From Dimorphilus gyrociliatus (taxonomy: Eukaryota > Animalia > Annelida), in contig CAJFCJ010000046.1 of assembly GCA_904063045.1 (NCBI GenBank), positions 40,692-104,691 of the forward strand: a DNA stretch of 64,000 nucleotides, read 5' to 3'. The notes under the pieces are model-generated. The model was not told the DNA's origin. It did no database searches and saw nothing but the letters and a program-made list of their open reading frames with translations. The position numbers and the translations under genes were made by a program. Below, one piece after another: positions 1-12,838 of this stretch (within the stretch, counting starts at the first letter, position 1; each line of letters starts with the position of its first letter).

Positions 1-2335
1 TTGAAGCAATCAGGTAACAATTAATTAATAACTCTAAAAAGTCAAATATGAAATATGACAAACAGATGTAGCAAGAGTATTACAGTTGAAACAATTGATA
101 GTGATGGTAAAGAGTGTAAAGTGACAGATAAATGCCTAAAAGTACCACAAAACTGCCATATTAAGGCAAAAGCAGATAATTCGGCCAGCGCAATGTATTA
201 TCCATTTAGTGGGGTTTGTATTGCTCTTTTATTGGATAAAGTATCATATTGTAATCTTAATGAATCTAGGCTACAAAGTTTTGTGATGATTCTAAAAATA
301 CTCCAGAAAAAGAAAGACATAATTCTGATGCTCCAACACCACAAAATTATTTCTGCGATGGCCAAAGTGCTTGGGATGTTTTAAGGGAATTGGATGATTT
401 TAAAAATGACAATAATCCACCGATTGCTGCACAAGAAAAGATTGATTTCACACCAAATTTTCTAATTTATCGGCAAACTTCAGACAAACTAAATATTGTG
501 CTAGTTCTTGATGTTTCAGGCAGTATGTCAAATGTACCGAGTGGAGCTGTAAATCCCTTAAGGCAGATTGTATATTCAGCCTGCATTGAGTACATAACTG
601 ATTATGTGGTTGCTGGTGATCGCATTGGTATTGTGCAATTTAATAAGCACTCCCTTCTCTTACAAAGTTTAATAACTGTAACGAGTACGAATAAAGCAGA
701 AATCCTACAGAAAGTTCCTAACTATGCTTCTGGTGGAACTTCCATCAAGTCTGGAGTACAAGGCGGAGTAGCGGCGTTAGGTAAGGCTGCTCGAGGAGGT
801 ATAATAATCCTCATGACGGATGGAGAATCCGACAATAACGATTTACAACAAGCGAAAAATATTGCTGATAGCTCAGGCATTACTGTCTACAGCGTGATGT
901 TAACGAGAGATGCGACGCCTTTTCTAAAGGCTATAGCAGACGCCACTGGTGGACAAACGTATTTTACAACTGGACAAACAGTATCCAATAATGAACAATC
1001 GGTTTCTGAAGTTTTACGTAGCATTGGGAATATTCAAGAAGGTCTCCGCTCAAGAACAAATTCCTACAGCCAAAGAGATATAGCAACACAAGTGTCGAAG
1101 AACGTTGTAAATATCCTACCAAGGCAAAAGCAGACGACCCAATTCTGGATTGATCAATATTCTATTAGCTTCTCCCTTATTATATCTACTCTTGTTCATC
1201 CTAATACTATTCAAATTGAGTTGATATCGCCAAATGGAAATCAAGTTGACATTAAAAAGTTTACAAAAATTGATTCCACATCTAATACTATAAAGATAAC
1301 AGTTTCGGCCTCTGTCGGTAAATGGAGATACATTGCTTCAAGTGTATCCGGAAGTGTTAATACGAGAATAAATGTTGACGTCATATCCTACACCAATAGC
1401 CCAAGTTCTCAAATTTCATTCACAGGAAAGTTTAAAACCACTTTTATCGACTTTAACAAAAATATCGAAGCTGTAAAGATCGAATCGATGCTGTTTATTG
1501 GAGATTACGCAATAAGAAAGGCTGAAGTTGTGGCACATGTATTCCTCGCTGGTATTCTTGTTGAAAAAGTTCAACTTAATGACGACGGTATTGGTGCCGA
1601 CGCGTTTGCTAATGATGGAATATACTCTGGATATTTTTCCAACATAACCAGCAATGGAAGATTTACTGCAAGATTTACCGCCATCAACTATGAATCAAAA
1701 GCATTCTACTCTACAATAAAACAATCTGATGGAATAAGTGACCACTCTAATGGCTGCTCTCCACCGTCATCAGAGATAAAACTTTTAAGTCCATTTGAAA
1801 GAATAACAGCAGGAAATTTTCTGGATGTTGAAAACTTCAAACAAGGAGTAGACTATTTTCCACCAAGTAAAGTTAAAGATTTAAAGTTCACTGGTGTGAA
1901 TACAAAAGAGCAAGTCATATCATTCGAGTGGACTGCTGTTGGTGACGACTGGAATTTTGGAGTTGGTAAGTTCAGTTTTAAATTGCTACATAATTATCGT
2001 TTTGATACAAGAAATACTGAAATGTAGCAACAAAATATGACCTCCGAAAATCATCATCGTCAAAGTCTCTAAGAGAGAGATTTAATTCAACTACACTACT
2101 CGAAGGTATTGAAAATTTAAAGCCAAGGAAATCAGGCGAAAAAGAGAAATTTCAAATGAAAATTTTAGAGAATTGCAAAGATAGCTTTTTCGTTGGGCTT
2201 ATGGTTATCGATGATGCTCATCGTACAAGTAAACTGTCTAACGTAGTATCAGTTCCATACCATTGTGGATCTAGTACCATTAATATCCAAATTGCGTCTA
2301 TTCTTGCTGTATTACTAAGTTATATCTTTCTGTAA
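1..2335 (+). CDS. CLCA: Calcium-activated chloride channel regulator-like protein (CLCA_N tail, vWA, beta-sandwich/FnIII region); 5' end outside window
   Basis: Splicing GT-AG introns 14-65, 214-269 and ~1967-2027 gives EAIRCS..., FCDD..HNSDAPTPQNYFCDGQSAWDV, the vWA MIDAS motif DVSGSM, LNDDGIGADAFANDGIYSGYF and DYFPPSKVKDL..WTAVGDD. All are CLCA hallmarks. The protein ends in a hydrophobic tail (LRLFLLLLLLSYIFL*). Confidence 0.85.
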
Positions 2336-2336
2336 T

Positions 2337-2518
2337 GGGGTCGACAGATAACATCCATAAATGACAAATTTCAAGGCTAGAATTTCGATTGAAATATGCT
2401 TAGCAAAACTGATTTCTACTTAGGAGGCTCTCCTCTATTGGAAAAGGTTAGGCACAGCCAAGCGCTGGGTTAGGGTTAGGGTAAAAGCAACAATTTGTGG
2501 ATGTTTTCTGTCGCGTCC
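2337..2518 (+). mobile_element. Mutator-type MITE with TTAGGG motifs (subfamily B)
   Basis: TIRs GGGGTCGACAGATAACATCC / GGACGCGACAGAAAACATCC (rc). Flanks TTCTGTAAT / TTCTGTATT form a 9-bp TSD with 1 mismatch. Internal GGGTTAGGGTTAGGG. Confidence 0.8.
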
Positions 2519-2661
2519 TTCTGTATTTTCTATTAACAATACTCTTTCCTCCTTTAATTTCTTTTAATAATAAATTGAGCGATCTAATGATAAAGAACAG
2601 CTTCACAATAGTCTCCATCGCAAAGAACATCTAAGAGAACAGAAATTCGGGACCGGTCAAA

Positions 2662-3728
2662 AATGAGTATGGGAAAACTCGTCCCCTTTTTGGGAAAACT
2701 CGTTCCTTTTTTTTGGGAAAACTCGTTCCTTTTTTTTGGGAAAACTTGTCCCCTTCTTTGGGGAAAACTTATCCCTTAAATTGATAAATAATGAAATAAA
2801 TAAAAATAAATGAAAAAATGACATATTGAATGAGAATTGGGTAGAAAAAAAAGTAGTTGCTCACTTCCTGTTGACAACTGTCTAAAGTGAAAAACCATAA
2901 TTTGATAATTTGGCTTAGTTATTAAAGGTCTGTTGAGAATAGAAATTTGTGAGTATATTGTTAAGATTATAGCTTATTATAAGTAGATTAGTTTATGTCA
3001 AATATGTGTTTTATTGCATTTTTTCAGTGAAACATCAAATTGAAAGATGGCTCCTGTTTGTTCAACCTGTAAAAATCGATTTTATGGCAGACAAAAAAGA
3101 ATAAAATGTGTTATATGCAATCAAATTCTTCATGAAAAGTGTCTTCAAAGTAAGTGTTACAATCTGTATAAACTGAGTATTATTATCTTCTTTTTTTCAA
3201 AGACCAGAGTCAGTTCATCTGCACCCTTTGTGAAACATTTCTAAAAAACAAATCAAGATACCTAATGAACCAGAAAAGAGTGGATCAAGATGAAAATATT
3301 GTAGCTTTGGGTGAGAATGGTCCCTCTGAAAATCCAGAACAGGGGGATACTGATACTTACACGAATCATGATGATAGCACACAAGACTTATTAGAGATGA
3401 GTGGTGAAAATGAAAATCATGCAGCTATGAATGAGAATCACTTGTCTGAAAATCAAGAACAAATGCAAATAGATACTAACATGGATCATGAGAATTATAA
3501 GGAGATAAATGAAGGAGAGGAAGAAGAAGAAGCAACATATGTAGATAAAGAGTTTAAAGTTTTGCTTGGTGGAAGTCAGAGAGGAAAGGATATTTTATAG
3601 ATAAATATATTATAACATTCTTTTCGAATTCTCTTACTATATAAGGGGACAAGTTTCCCCAAAGATGGGGACAAGTTTTCCCAAAAAAGGGGATGAGTTT
3701 TCCCAGGGATGAGTTTTCCCGTTCCCAT
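2662..3728 (+). mobile_element. Phantom-like MULE deletion derivative (subterminal repeat arrays, PHD exon, acidic linker, start of FLYWCH)
   Basis: GGGAAAACTCGTYCC repeats at 2670-2775 and inverted copies at 3644-3725. ORF 3047 has CSTC..CVIC..HEKC; ORF 3265 ends FKVLLGGSQRGKDIL. Confidence 0.75.
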
Positions 3729-3729
3729 A

Positions 3730-4650
3730 TGAGCATATCTTTATTCTCTCCCACAGTTCATTCTCTGAATTGAATTGTGCCCCATCATAAACCAAATTTT
3801 TAGTCAGGTGCCACACATTTTCTATTGGGCTAAGATCAGGGCTCTTTGCTGGCCAATCAATTGGATGTATGCCATTTGTCCTGAATGCTCTCCTGGTAAC
3901 TCTTGTTGTGTGACAACCTGCATTGTCTTGTTGGAAGATATAATTTCTCCCCATTTTATCTGAGATTTCTCCAATCACAGGGAGAATATCTTCTATAATA
4001 AAGCAAGAGTAATTTTGAGCATTTAATTTTTTGCTCACCCTCCAAACCTTGAACACCCCATCTGATGTTATTAGTCCCCAAACCATTACTCCACCTCTCC
4101 CCATATTTTTTGTTAACCTAAACTCATTTTCACTGCTATTTGTCCAGGTCCTGAAGTCATCAGGACCACTAAGTGAAAATCTGACCTCATCCATAAAAAT
4201 CACCCTTGACCAATCTATATTATCCCAAATGCTATCTAAACAATATTGTTTTCTGCGCAAGCAATTCTTGGGAGTCAAATCAACTCTTTGCCTTATCCTC
4301 TGTAGGTAAAATAGGTAATAAGTACAGAACTTAACTAAGAAAAGTAATATTGTTGAAAAAATTTCTGTTTCAGATGTCTATTTAAATGCAATTCCAGGAT
4401 GTCTGGTTTTTTTTTGTCTCACGGCCAAATAAAGAAAAAAAATTAAAAATTATTACAAAATTTTTGCTAATAATATTCACAAATTTGATGATTTTTCTCC
4501 AAGATTTTTTGGTAATATGTAAATATAACTCTTTTTTTGTGTAAATTTAGACAAAAAAAAGCAAATTTAAAACAAAGATAACAGTTTTCGGGTGTTTTAA
4601 AAATTGGCCTATCAAATTTTACAGTGTCCGGATATTTTTGTCCCTTACTG
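3730..4650 (-). mobile_element. Tc1-like transposon fragment (DD34E), N-terminal HTH deleted and 3' end truncated
   Basis: IFMDEVRFSL, GVMVWG, QQDNAGCH and WPAKSPDLSPIENVW, with 34 residues between D and E. Terminus TA-CAGTAAGGGACAAAAATATCCGGACAC at 4650. Confidence 0.85.
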
Positions 4651-4689
4651 TATATTAGTTGATTTTTTGAAACATGAGGCATCTTTAAT

Positions 4690-4923
4690 TGCAGTCTTTC
4701 AAAAGCTCAGATCAGAAAAGAAATTGAAAAATTGAATCTATTGGAGAAAACTGCCAATATTTATTCTCAATAGAAATCTCTTCAATTCTCTCAATTTCTA
4801 TCCATTTCCCTTTGAATATTTTACTTTTTTCTCTATTTATTAAATATATATTCACGTAGATAAATGTATCATAACATTCTTTTCAAATTCTCTTACTAAA
4901 TAAGGGGACTAGTTTTCCCATTC
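4690..4923 (+). mobile_element. MULE 3' end; 4856-4920 duplicates 3596-3660
   Basis: Encodes LLEKTANIYSQ*, like FLQKIALIYSN* at 48972. Ends GGGGACTAGTTTTCCCATTC. Confidence 0.65.
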
Positions 4924-6369
4924 CTGCCAATGAAATATTTGAAGGTTAGATTTCAGGCTGGGAAAAGGTTAGGATGAATAAGATAACTGTTAATTTGTTC
5001 TTAGGCAGGTCTCATCTAAGGGTTAGGGGCATTCAAAAAGGTTAGGCATAAACAAGGGTTAGGGTTAAGGTAAAACCATAGATTCGTGGCCATTTTCTAC
5101 CACATCCCAGAAATTCTCATCATCACCATTATTGTAGTTAATGTGCTGGCCGAGTTTGATTGCAAGCGAACTGAAAATGAGAGTACAACTTTACTATCTT
5201 CAATTGTGGAATGAGAACATTGGCTGAAAAATGATATTGAAGTTGAATCTTTTCTCAAAAGCATCATATCATTGTACTGAAAGTTGTACATCAATATTAA
5301 TATTATCTATACTTCTATTTACTTTGGACAAATAAATTTGGAAATAAAAGGAAACCTATACCCAATCCACAAAAAGAAAACCTTATCTCTTAAATTTTTA
5401 TAATAATAAATTTTGTAATTTTTTGTAATTGGCAAAAACCCACATAATCATTCACCAATAAAAAACTTGGAAACAAGAATTTGTATAAGAGATGAAATCA
5501 ATGACACCTGTTCAACAGATGGAAATTCATTGTACTCAATATAATATTATGTATCAATATAATAATGATATTAGAGACAATCATACTGAAAACATAAAAG
5601 CAGACAGTCAAAACAGGTAAAATATTTTGTGGTATGTTTTTAAAATAGAACACATTACTTTTGAGTGAGTTGTTTAAAAAATGTATTGTATTTTGAAATA
5701 TTTGAAAAATATTGAATACAAATTGTAAATAACAAACAATCAATTGTTAGAAATTAAATTTAAGACATGCATTCTCTTTTGCAGAGATTTTCTAATAAAA
5801 TTTCCATAATTGAAAATGTCTTTACTGGCCCTTTCTTCTGTTATTGGTAAATATTTTTCACAATGGAAATAATATTCAGATTTCTATAAAAAAAGGATCA
5901 AAATAAAGAATGTTTTTAATGTCTAAACAACTAAAAGTATCTTTTTATTACTCTGTAATAAAGAGAGTTTCCAAAATCATCATTACTAATTGCTAAACAA
6001 TCTTGATGAGTAGTTTTAACAAAATTAATCAAGTAGAAATAGCATTTCAGATATTTATAATTCTTGAAAAAGTTTTTATCAACCTGAAATTTGAAATCTT
6101 CCTTTGAAGAATATAGATAAAAAGAGAGTAGGTTGATATTATTATTTAGCAGTTTAACATCTGTTACAAATGAAACAAAAAGTTTTACATGAAAAAAACA
6201 TTTGGCAGAAAATATCCAATTTTTAGTGTGTAGAATAACAGTCTATTGGATGTTTTCTGTAGTCTGTTTTTTATACATTGCTGTGTTATATTGTTTTTTA
6301 AATTTTCCAACAGTTTTTTTCTGTAAATAGAAAAGATATTTCTGTTTGAGTAAATGAAAAGTGAAGATA

Positions 6370-9300
6370 TTATATAGCAAACTTTTTCTCTCTCTGATTG
6401 AAGCAGTGTCTTTTGTAACATAACTGCAAATGATTTATTATAAAAATATAAGGGTTAAGTAGTGAATTTAATGGGATAAGGCTAATGACAACTATAGTGT
6501 AAATATCATTTTTTATACTTAGAACAATTAATTTGGATAAAATTGCTGAGAATGTGAAAAAAAAATGAGTTAGATTTATAAGAAATTTATAAAATTTACA
6601 CTAAACATTCTTACAAAGAAGAGAAACCGGAAACCAGCATAAAACATTTGAAATTGTCATAAGAATAACATTTGTTGATAAACTATTTCTATTCTTTAAT
6701 AAACTAGTTGATTTGATTCTTAATGCTAATTTTCCATATAAAATGCATATAACAATGCTTAAAAAGAAAATAAATACTCCAAAAGTTAATAGTGAAAAAA
6801 TCCATCCTTCAGTCCTATCACTTCTAATTTGAATGTTAAAACATATTGTTGATTTTGAATAGTAATTCTATTTTAAATGAAAAAAATATAATCCAAAAAA
6901 TAATTTTTAAAAAATGTTTACACTATAAATGATAACTGGTAGAGTTGATATAAATATTAGCAAAGATGTTCCTACAAGTAGGATTATTCTTTTATATTTG
7001 ACTATAGCTGGAACTTTGAATAAATGCATGACAGCTTCGTAATGTTCCGTCGCTAAACCTAAAATTGAACATATTGAAAATAATAGTGAAAATGTTACCA
7101 GAGTGCCAAGAATTGAGCAAGTTGTACTAAATCTCCAATTATCCTCATTTTCTAAATAACTTGTACCAGAGAAATGAATATCGGCAATTGCAATAGAAAT
7201 TATATAAATTCCAGTTAATAAATCACCAACAGTTAGACAAATTCTAAATGATTTTGATTTCAATTTCACAAAAATTGATAAAAACAATGTGATTAAGTTT
7301 CCTATCACACCAAATGTTCCAAGAATCCAAAATAATATTCTTAAATAAATTGATGGAATTATATTTTCACAAGTCAGAAAATCATTTGGATTTGGTACAC
7401 ATTTCACTAAATTCTCTAAAACTTTCCATCCTAAACAACACAATTGGAAATTTTCATTTTCAATTTTATTCAACTTTTTCATATAATTTGTAAAATATTT
7501 TATATATTTCACTGGAAATTTTGTATTCTTCATATACAAAACTCTAAGATTTATTAGATTTTTAAATGAAAACTTTTCAATAAATTTTATAAAACAATTC
7601 TCCATTTTGAATATTTGTAAATTTTTTAAATATTTAAAAATATATTTTCTTGTAATTGAATGAATTTTTGTTGTTGAAATATCAAATATTAATAGATTTT
7701 TCATTGGAAATTTGAAAATTTTATCCAATTTTTCAATAGGATTATTTGATAAATTTAATTTTTGAAGAATGGTAAATTTGTTGTTGTTTAAAAATTGTAA
7801 TTTTGTTGAATTTGTATAGACAATATGTAATTGTATAACATTTGGAAAATATATATTTTTCCATCTATCTAATAGATTATTAAAAGAGATTTTCATGATA
7901 AAAATATTTGAGAGAATTTTCATATTTTCTATTCTTAACATAAAATCTCCATTTAAAATTACATGTTTAAAATTTGTATCTAAATTTATCATTTGTAATG
8001 ATTTTTTTGTTTGACAATCAATTGAAAATGGATTTAAATATTTGCAATTCTTCAAGGAATTTTGTTTAGGAAAATCACAAAATAATTCATCACTTCCTTT
8101 TTCACAATCTAATTTACCATTGCAAAATTGATGGTGTGCAATTATTTTACTCTCATTTCTACATTTAAAATATCCAGTTGGTGTGTAGCTGTCTATTTTT
8201 TAAAAGAAAAATGGATTTTTTATTCTACATGTTTAAGCAATATGGAATTTTTTTTATATTAACCACAAAATAATTCATCATCATTGTTATAGCAATGATT
8301 GATTCCATCACAAACTCTTTCAATACTTATGCAAAATCCAGAATAATAACATTTATATTGGAATTTTGAACAATTATGATTGTCACAATTTTTCAATAAT
8401 GAATAAGGATATCTAGCTTTTGTTATCATATTGCCTTTTGTATCATACTCTATAAAACACTTTTCAAGTGTTAGTATGTCTAATTTATCTTTTTTTTTAA
8501 AAACATTTTCACATTGATTTTCATCTTTTCCATCAAAACAATCCAACATAAAATTACATTGTTTCTCTTTAGTTAAACATATTCTGTCACATTTTAATTG
8601 ATATTTATCATTACAACCTATAAGAAATATTTATTTAAATAATTCATATTGCAGTTGGATTTTCAGAGAAAATATTCCCTATTTTTGGAACTAGATGAAT
8701 TAAAAAAAAAGCACACATCCTAAGAAATTCTCAATGGAGGTTTTTTTTTATTTTTTTACTGAAAAAAACTGGGAATATTTTATCTTTGTATTAAATATTG
8801 TATACTATTTTTATAGTATTTCTCTATTGCTTCCTCTTCATTACAAATCTCATCAGTTGAATCAAAGCAATTGATTTCATTATCACATATATTCTCAATA
8901 TTAATGCATTGTCCATTGTGGCATTGACTGCAAAAAAATGAATGATTTCTTTCTTGGAATGTTTTTCAAAGTTATTGTTAATAACAATTTATCTTTTCTT
9001 ACTAACCTTTCTCCACTTTCATTACACAAATGGAAATCTTTGAATTGGAGTGTTTTTTTTAAATATTAATTGCACTTTTTGTTTAATTAAAGAAAAAAAT
9101 ATTCTCACAACAAAACCTTTCATCTGATTGATCAGAACAATCATAAACAAAGTCACAAAGTAAAGAATAGCTAATCATTTCATTATTTGTTAAACATTGA
9201 ACATAATTGAATTTATTATGATCACAATCAATTTCGTCTTCATTAGAGATGCAATCATTTATTCCATCGCAAACGTAGACATAATTGATGCAAATTTTAC

Positions 9301-12086
9301 TCAATTTACAGAAAAACATTCTTTCAGAACAATTAAATTTCTCATTTCTTATATGAAAAAATCCATGGAAATTGTAATTCTCTGTTCAGATATCAAAAGT
9401 GTTGGTCTAATTTTGAAAATGTTGACATTTTACACCAATGTAACACTTTATTAATATACTTAATAAATATTGTTTCTGGCAAACTATCAAGTTTTGTTTG
9501 GATTTACAAGAAATTGGTTGTAATAGCATATTTTGTATTTCATTTCTTAATGAAGAAAAAATTATATTTACAAAATTAGAAAAATAGAAAAAATACCATT
9601 TTACTTTGCTAAGGAAACTGCTAAAGAAAAACATTCATCTAGTAATTTGTATCTTGAAATTTTTTTAAAATTGTTAGCCTCTTTCTCAAGTTCTCCATAG
9701 GTAATCATGCTATTTCTTTGTGAAATTTTATCAAATATTCCAAGCAATGAAAACTGGTAATTGCTTGTTGTGACTGTAATTTTTCTTTTCTTATGATATT
9801 TCTGTTTTAATTCTAATTGTTTTTTTTTTGTAAAGAAATCTTGTCTATTTCTTAAATAAATGTCTAACTTGTAAAAATATATTTTGTTTTTGTACTTGAA
9901 GAGAACATTTTCAACTTTTTCTCATTTAGTATAAAATGGCCAAAAATTTGTAAATAGTATGTTAGAAAAATTTGTTGATTTGTAGGGAAATCAATCAGTG
10001 TCATGTTTTTAACTGAGCAAAATTTTTCAAATTCTTCTATTGGTGTAGGAGTTTTCATCAAATACAATTTAAAGCATGTATTTTCAAATAAAAATGAATT
10101 ATTTTCCATACAATCTTCAACTATTTAGATGAAAAAAAACAACAAACAAACAAAACACATATCACAAATCTTTATAATAAAAAAAAACATTAACTGTTTT
10201 TAAAATTCTAACTTTCAAGTTTTGAATTTCTACAACTTAATTCTATTCCTCCAAATTGAGATGGAATCTGATTAATATTTCTAGTTAAAAACAAAAAAAG
10301 AATAGTCAATTGTTGAATTGAAATTGAAACAAGTTTTTTTGTTGTTTTATACAATTCAGTTATAATTTTACAATTTTCAATTATGTTACTACTGTTATCA
10401 TCACATTCAAAATGAGATAAAAATGAAGTAACTCTTGATGGATTATCATAATCTTGAAAGAGACTTTTTTGTGATATATTTGAAATTTCTCCAGATTTAA
10501 ATCCAAAATATTTGCAAATTAATTGACAAATTTTTAGTGTTAAAATTTTTATAATAAAAAACATATTTCTCATAAAAATGACAACTTTACCAGAAAATTC
10601 AGTTAGTGTATGATTGTATTTAAAATTGAGTATATTGCTATTTTTATCCAAAAAGAAGAATTTTTTATCTAGAAATTTATGCAAAATGTAATATTTAGAT
10701 TAAAAAAAAGTATTAAAAAATGAACTTGAATCAATTGTAGTGTTATGACAAAATTTAAAGCCATTTTCAATATAAACAAAGTTTTTAGAAGGGTATGGAT
10801 AAGTTAAAGCATGAAAAATGGGTAAAATATTCTTTCCAGTAGAAACTGTTGTAATCACCAGAAAAAGAGTCTAATAATAAGAAAAATATTTTTTTTTTGT
10901 TATATTTTCTAATCTAATCTTACACTCTCAGAGTTTATAACAAATTTTTGGGATTCTTTGAAATATGGTCCAAATACTTTAGACTCTATAGAACAAAGGA
11001 AATTATACATTTCAAAATTGTATAATCCAGTTTTTGTAAACACAAGAATTCTATATCCATAAATTTTTGATTTGATAATTGTTGATTGCTTAAATATTTT
11101 GGAAATTGGTTGAGAAATAGAGTACATATCACTGGCAAACACTTCTTTTGTAATCTCAATATCTGGAAGAAAGTTAAACAAGAGAAATCTTGAAAGGAGA
11201 AGAGGAGAATATGTAATAATTATACCATCAATTTCTTGAAAAGAACAATAAACTCTACTTTGAGTTTTATAGTATTTTGTTCTATTTATAATTAGTTCAT
11301 CTTTTCCTTTTATTATTAATTTAATAATAGAATCATTTTGTAAAATACTTTTTTGATCTTCTACTACAAAGTTGACTTTTTTACAAAAACTTTTTCTATC
11401 ATCATTCAAATTGGAAGAAATGTAAAAGTAGTCATTTTTATGGTTTATTATTAATAAATATTTGGAAATTCCTTCTTTCATTGCAAATAAAACTAAAAGG
11501 TTAAAATTGAGTAATAAAGAATTTCTTTCATTTTTTTTCTCAATTCTAATTTGTTTACCTGATGAATTGTTCTTTATACATTCCAAAAGTAAACGATATC
11601 TTATCATTTCATATCCTTTACTGAAAAAAAAACGATTTAGAGAAGTACATTAAGGATACAGGCCAACTAGCCCTCTTCCTCAATTTTCAATTATAGATTC
11701 ATTTTAGATATCTTATCCATATGCACAAAAAGGCTCTTTGTTATCATGCTATGCTAACAATCTATCCAAACTTATACTTACAATTTGCAACATGGAGTAC
11801 TATTGATAAGTTTTGTTCCACCTTTAATACTACCATCTATTGTAAATTTGATTTTTGCCAATAAAGGGTCAAATCCATTTTCTTTACAGTAAATAAACTT
11901 ATAATGTTCAAAAAATATTTGAGTCTTTTCATCATAAACAATCCGATATATCTGTCCATTATTTCTTTTTCCAAATATAAAACATTTATAAGAATTATCA
12001 TTTTCTTCATGTTTTTCAAAAATTAAATTTTCCACTTGTTTAGAAGTTTGAAATAAAAACATTAAGAGAAATATGCATTGGATCAT
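6370..12086 (-). CDS. GRL101-like LDLa/LRR class A GPCR with a long N-terminal extracellular region; 5' half partly degenerate or mis-assembled at homopolymers
   Basis: Signal-peptide exon 11778-12086, several LDLa repeats (CDGINDCISNEDEIDC, CDGINHCYNNDDELFC), LRR exon ~6924-8190, TM1-4, then TM5-6 (CWFPVSLLC) and TM7 (NSLLNPYIF) exons, with stop at 6370-6372. Confidence 0.7.
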
Positions 12087-12434
12087 GTTTTATAAATTTC
12101 TCCCCTGTGAATGTGTACATCTAAATGACAAACGTTTTTCTTTTTTTTAAAAAACAACATGGCTTAATTAAATTAAAAAAATACAAACTTGATATTTTTC
12201 TACTTTATATTATTATCTTAAATAATATAAACATTACATCTTATTCATACTTATTACAAACAATACAATAGGAAAAATAGGCCTAACAAATCAAAATAAG
12301 AAATTATTGTTCTTTCTATTGTTGATCATTTTCTGAAAATATTATTAAGTTTCCTTCCACCTGGATTAGAGATATTAAGAGGAATTTGGAAGAGAGGGAG
12401 GGGGAGGTAGTAGGTGGGGGCAATCCATTTTGAA

Positions 12435-12779
12435 CTAATTGAAATTGGAGAAAGTGAACCTGAAAAATATATTTCTAGGTTGACGCTTGTTGTTGAAAAT
12501 TATCTTGCATTTTCCACAGTGAAAAATCCAAGTACTTTCAAAATATTGCAGCAAATTTGAAAATTTTCTCTTTTCTTGCAGTTGACACTTCAAGCTAAAA
12601 AATGTTGGAGAGATAATATCTGAAGGTAAAAAAGGTAAAGCCATCAACTTTCTCAGATCTCTGCAGTCATCTCCTTTCTGATTACATAGCAAATAAAATT
12701 TTCTCTTCTGTCTTCCATAAACTGTAAATTTACAATGTTTAATACAATATTTGAAAAGCAGTGAAGAAATTTGAAGCAA
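12435..12779 (-). mobile_element. MULE transposase C-terminal fragment
   Basis: LRKLMALPFLPS..LLQYFESTWI motif, shared with fragments at ~52090 and 59406. Confidence 0.65.
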
Positions 12780-12838
12780 ATAATTCTAATACAATTTCAA
12801 ATTCATTTGAAGAAGTTTAGGTGAATGAAACTTTTGAA

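Larger units (their letters stand above)
2649..5107 (+). mobile_element. MITE (subfamily A) split by nested MULE and Tc1 sequence; whole 2.46 kb bounded by a perfect 9-bp TSD
   Basis: CAGAAATTC at 2640-2648 and 5108-5116. Left end is GGGACCGGTCAAAAA; the MITE body resumes at ~4924 and ends TTTTCTACCACATCC, as in the 30949 copy. Confidence 0.8.

Noticed and set aside
5097-5800. Degenerate LDLa/TM-like pieces suggesting another GRL101 relic cut by the 2649-5107 insertion
   Set aside because: Cysteine pattern incomplete and frames inconsistent.
12390-12422. Purine/G-rich tract as a G4 or regulatory site
   Set aside because: Isolated and irregular; it flanks a MULE fragment and looks like a decayed repeat.
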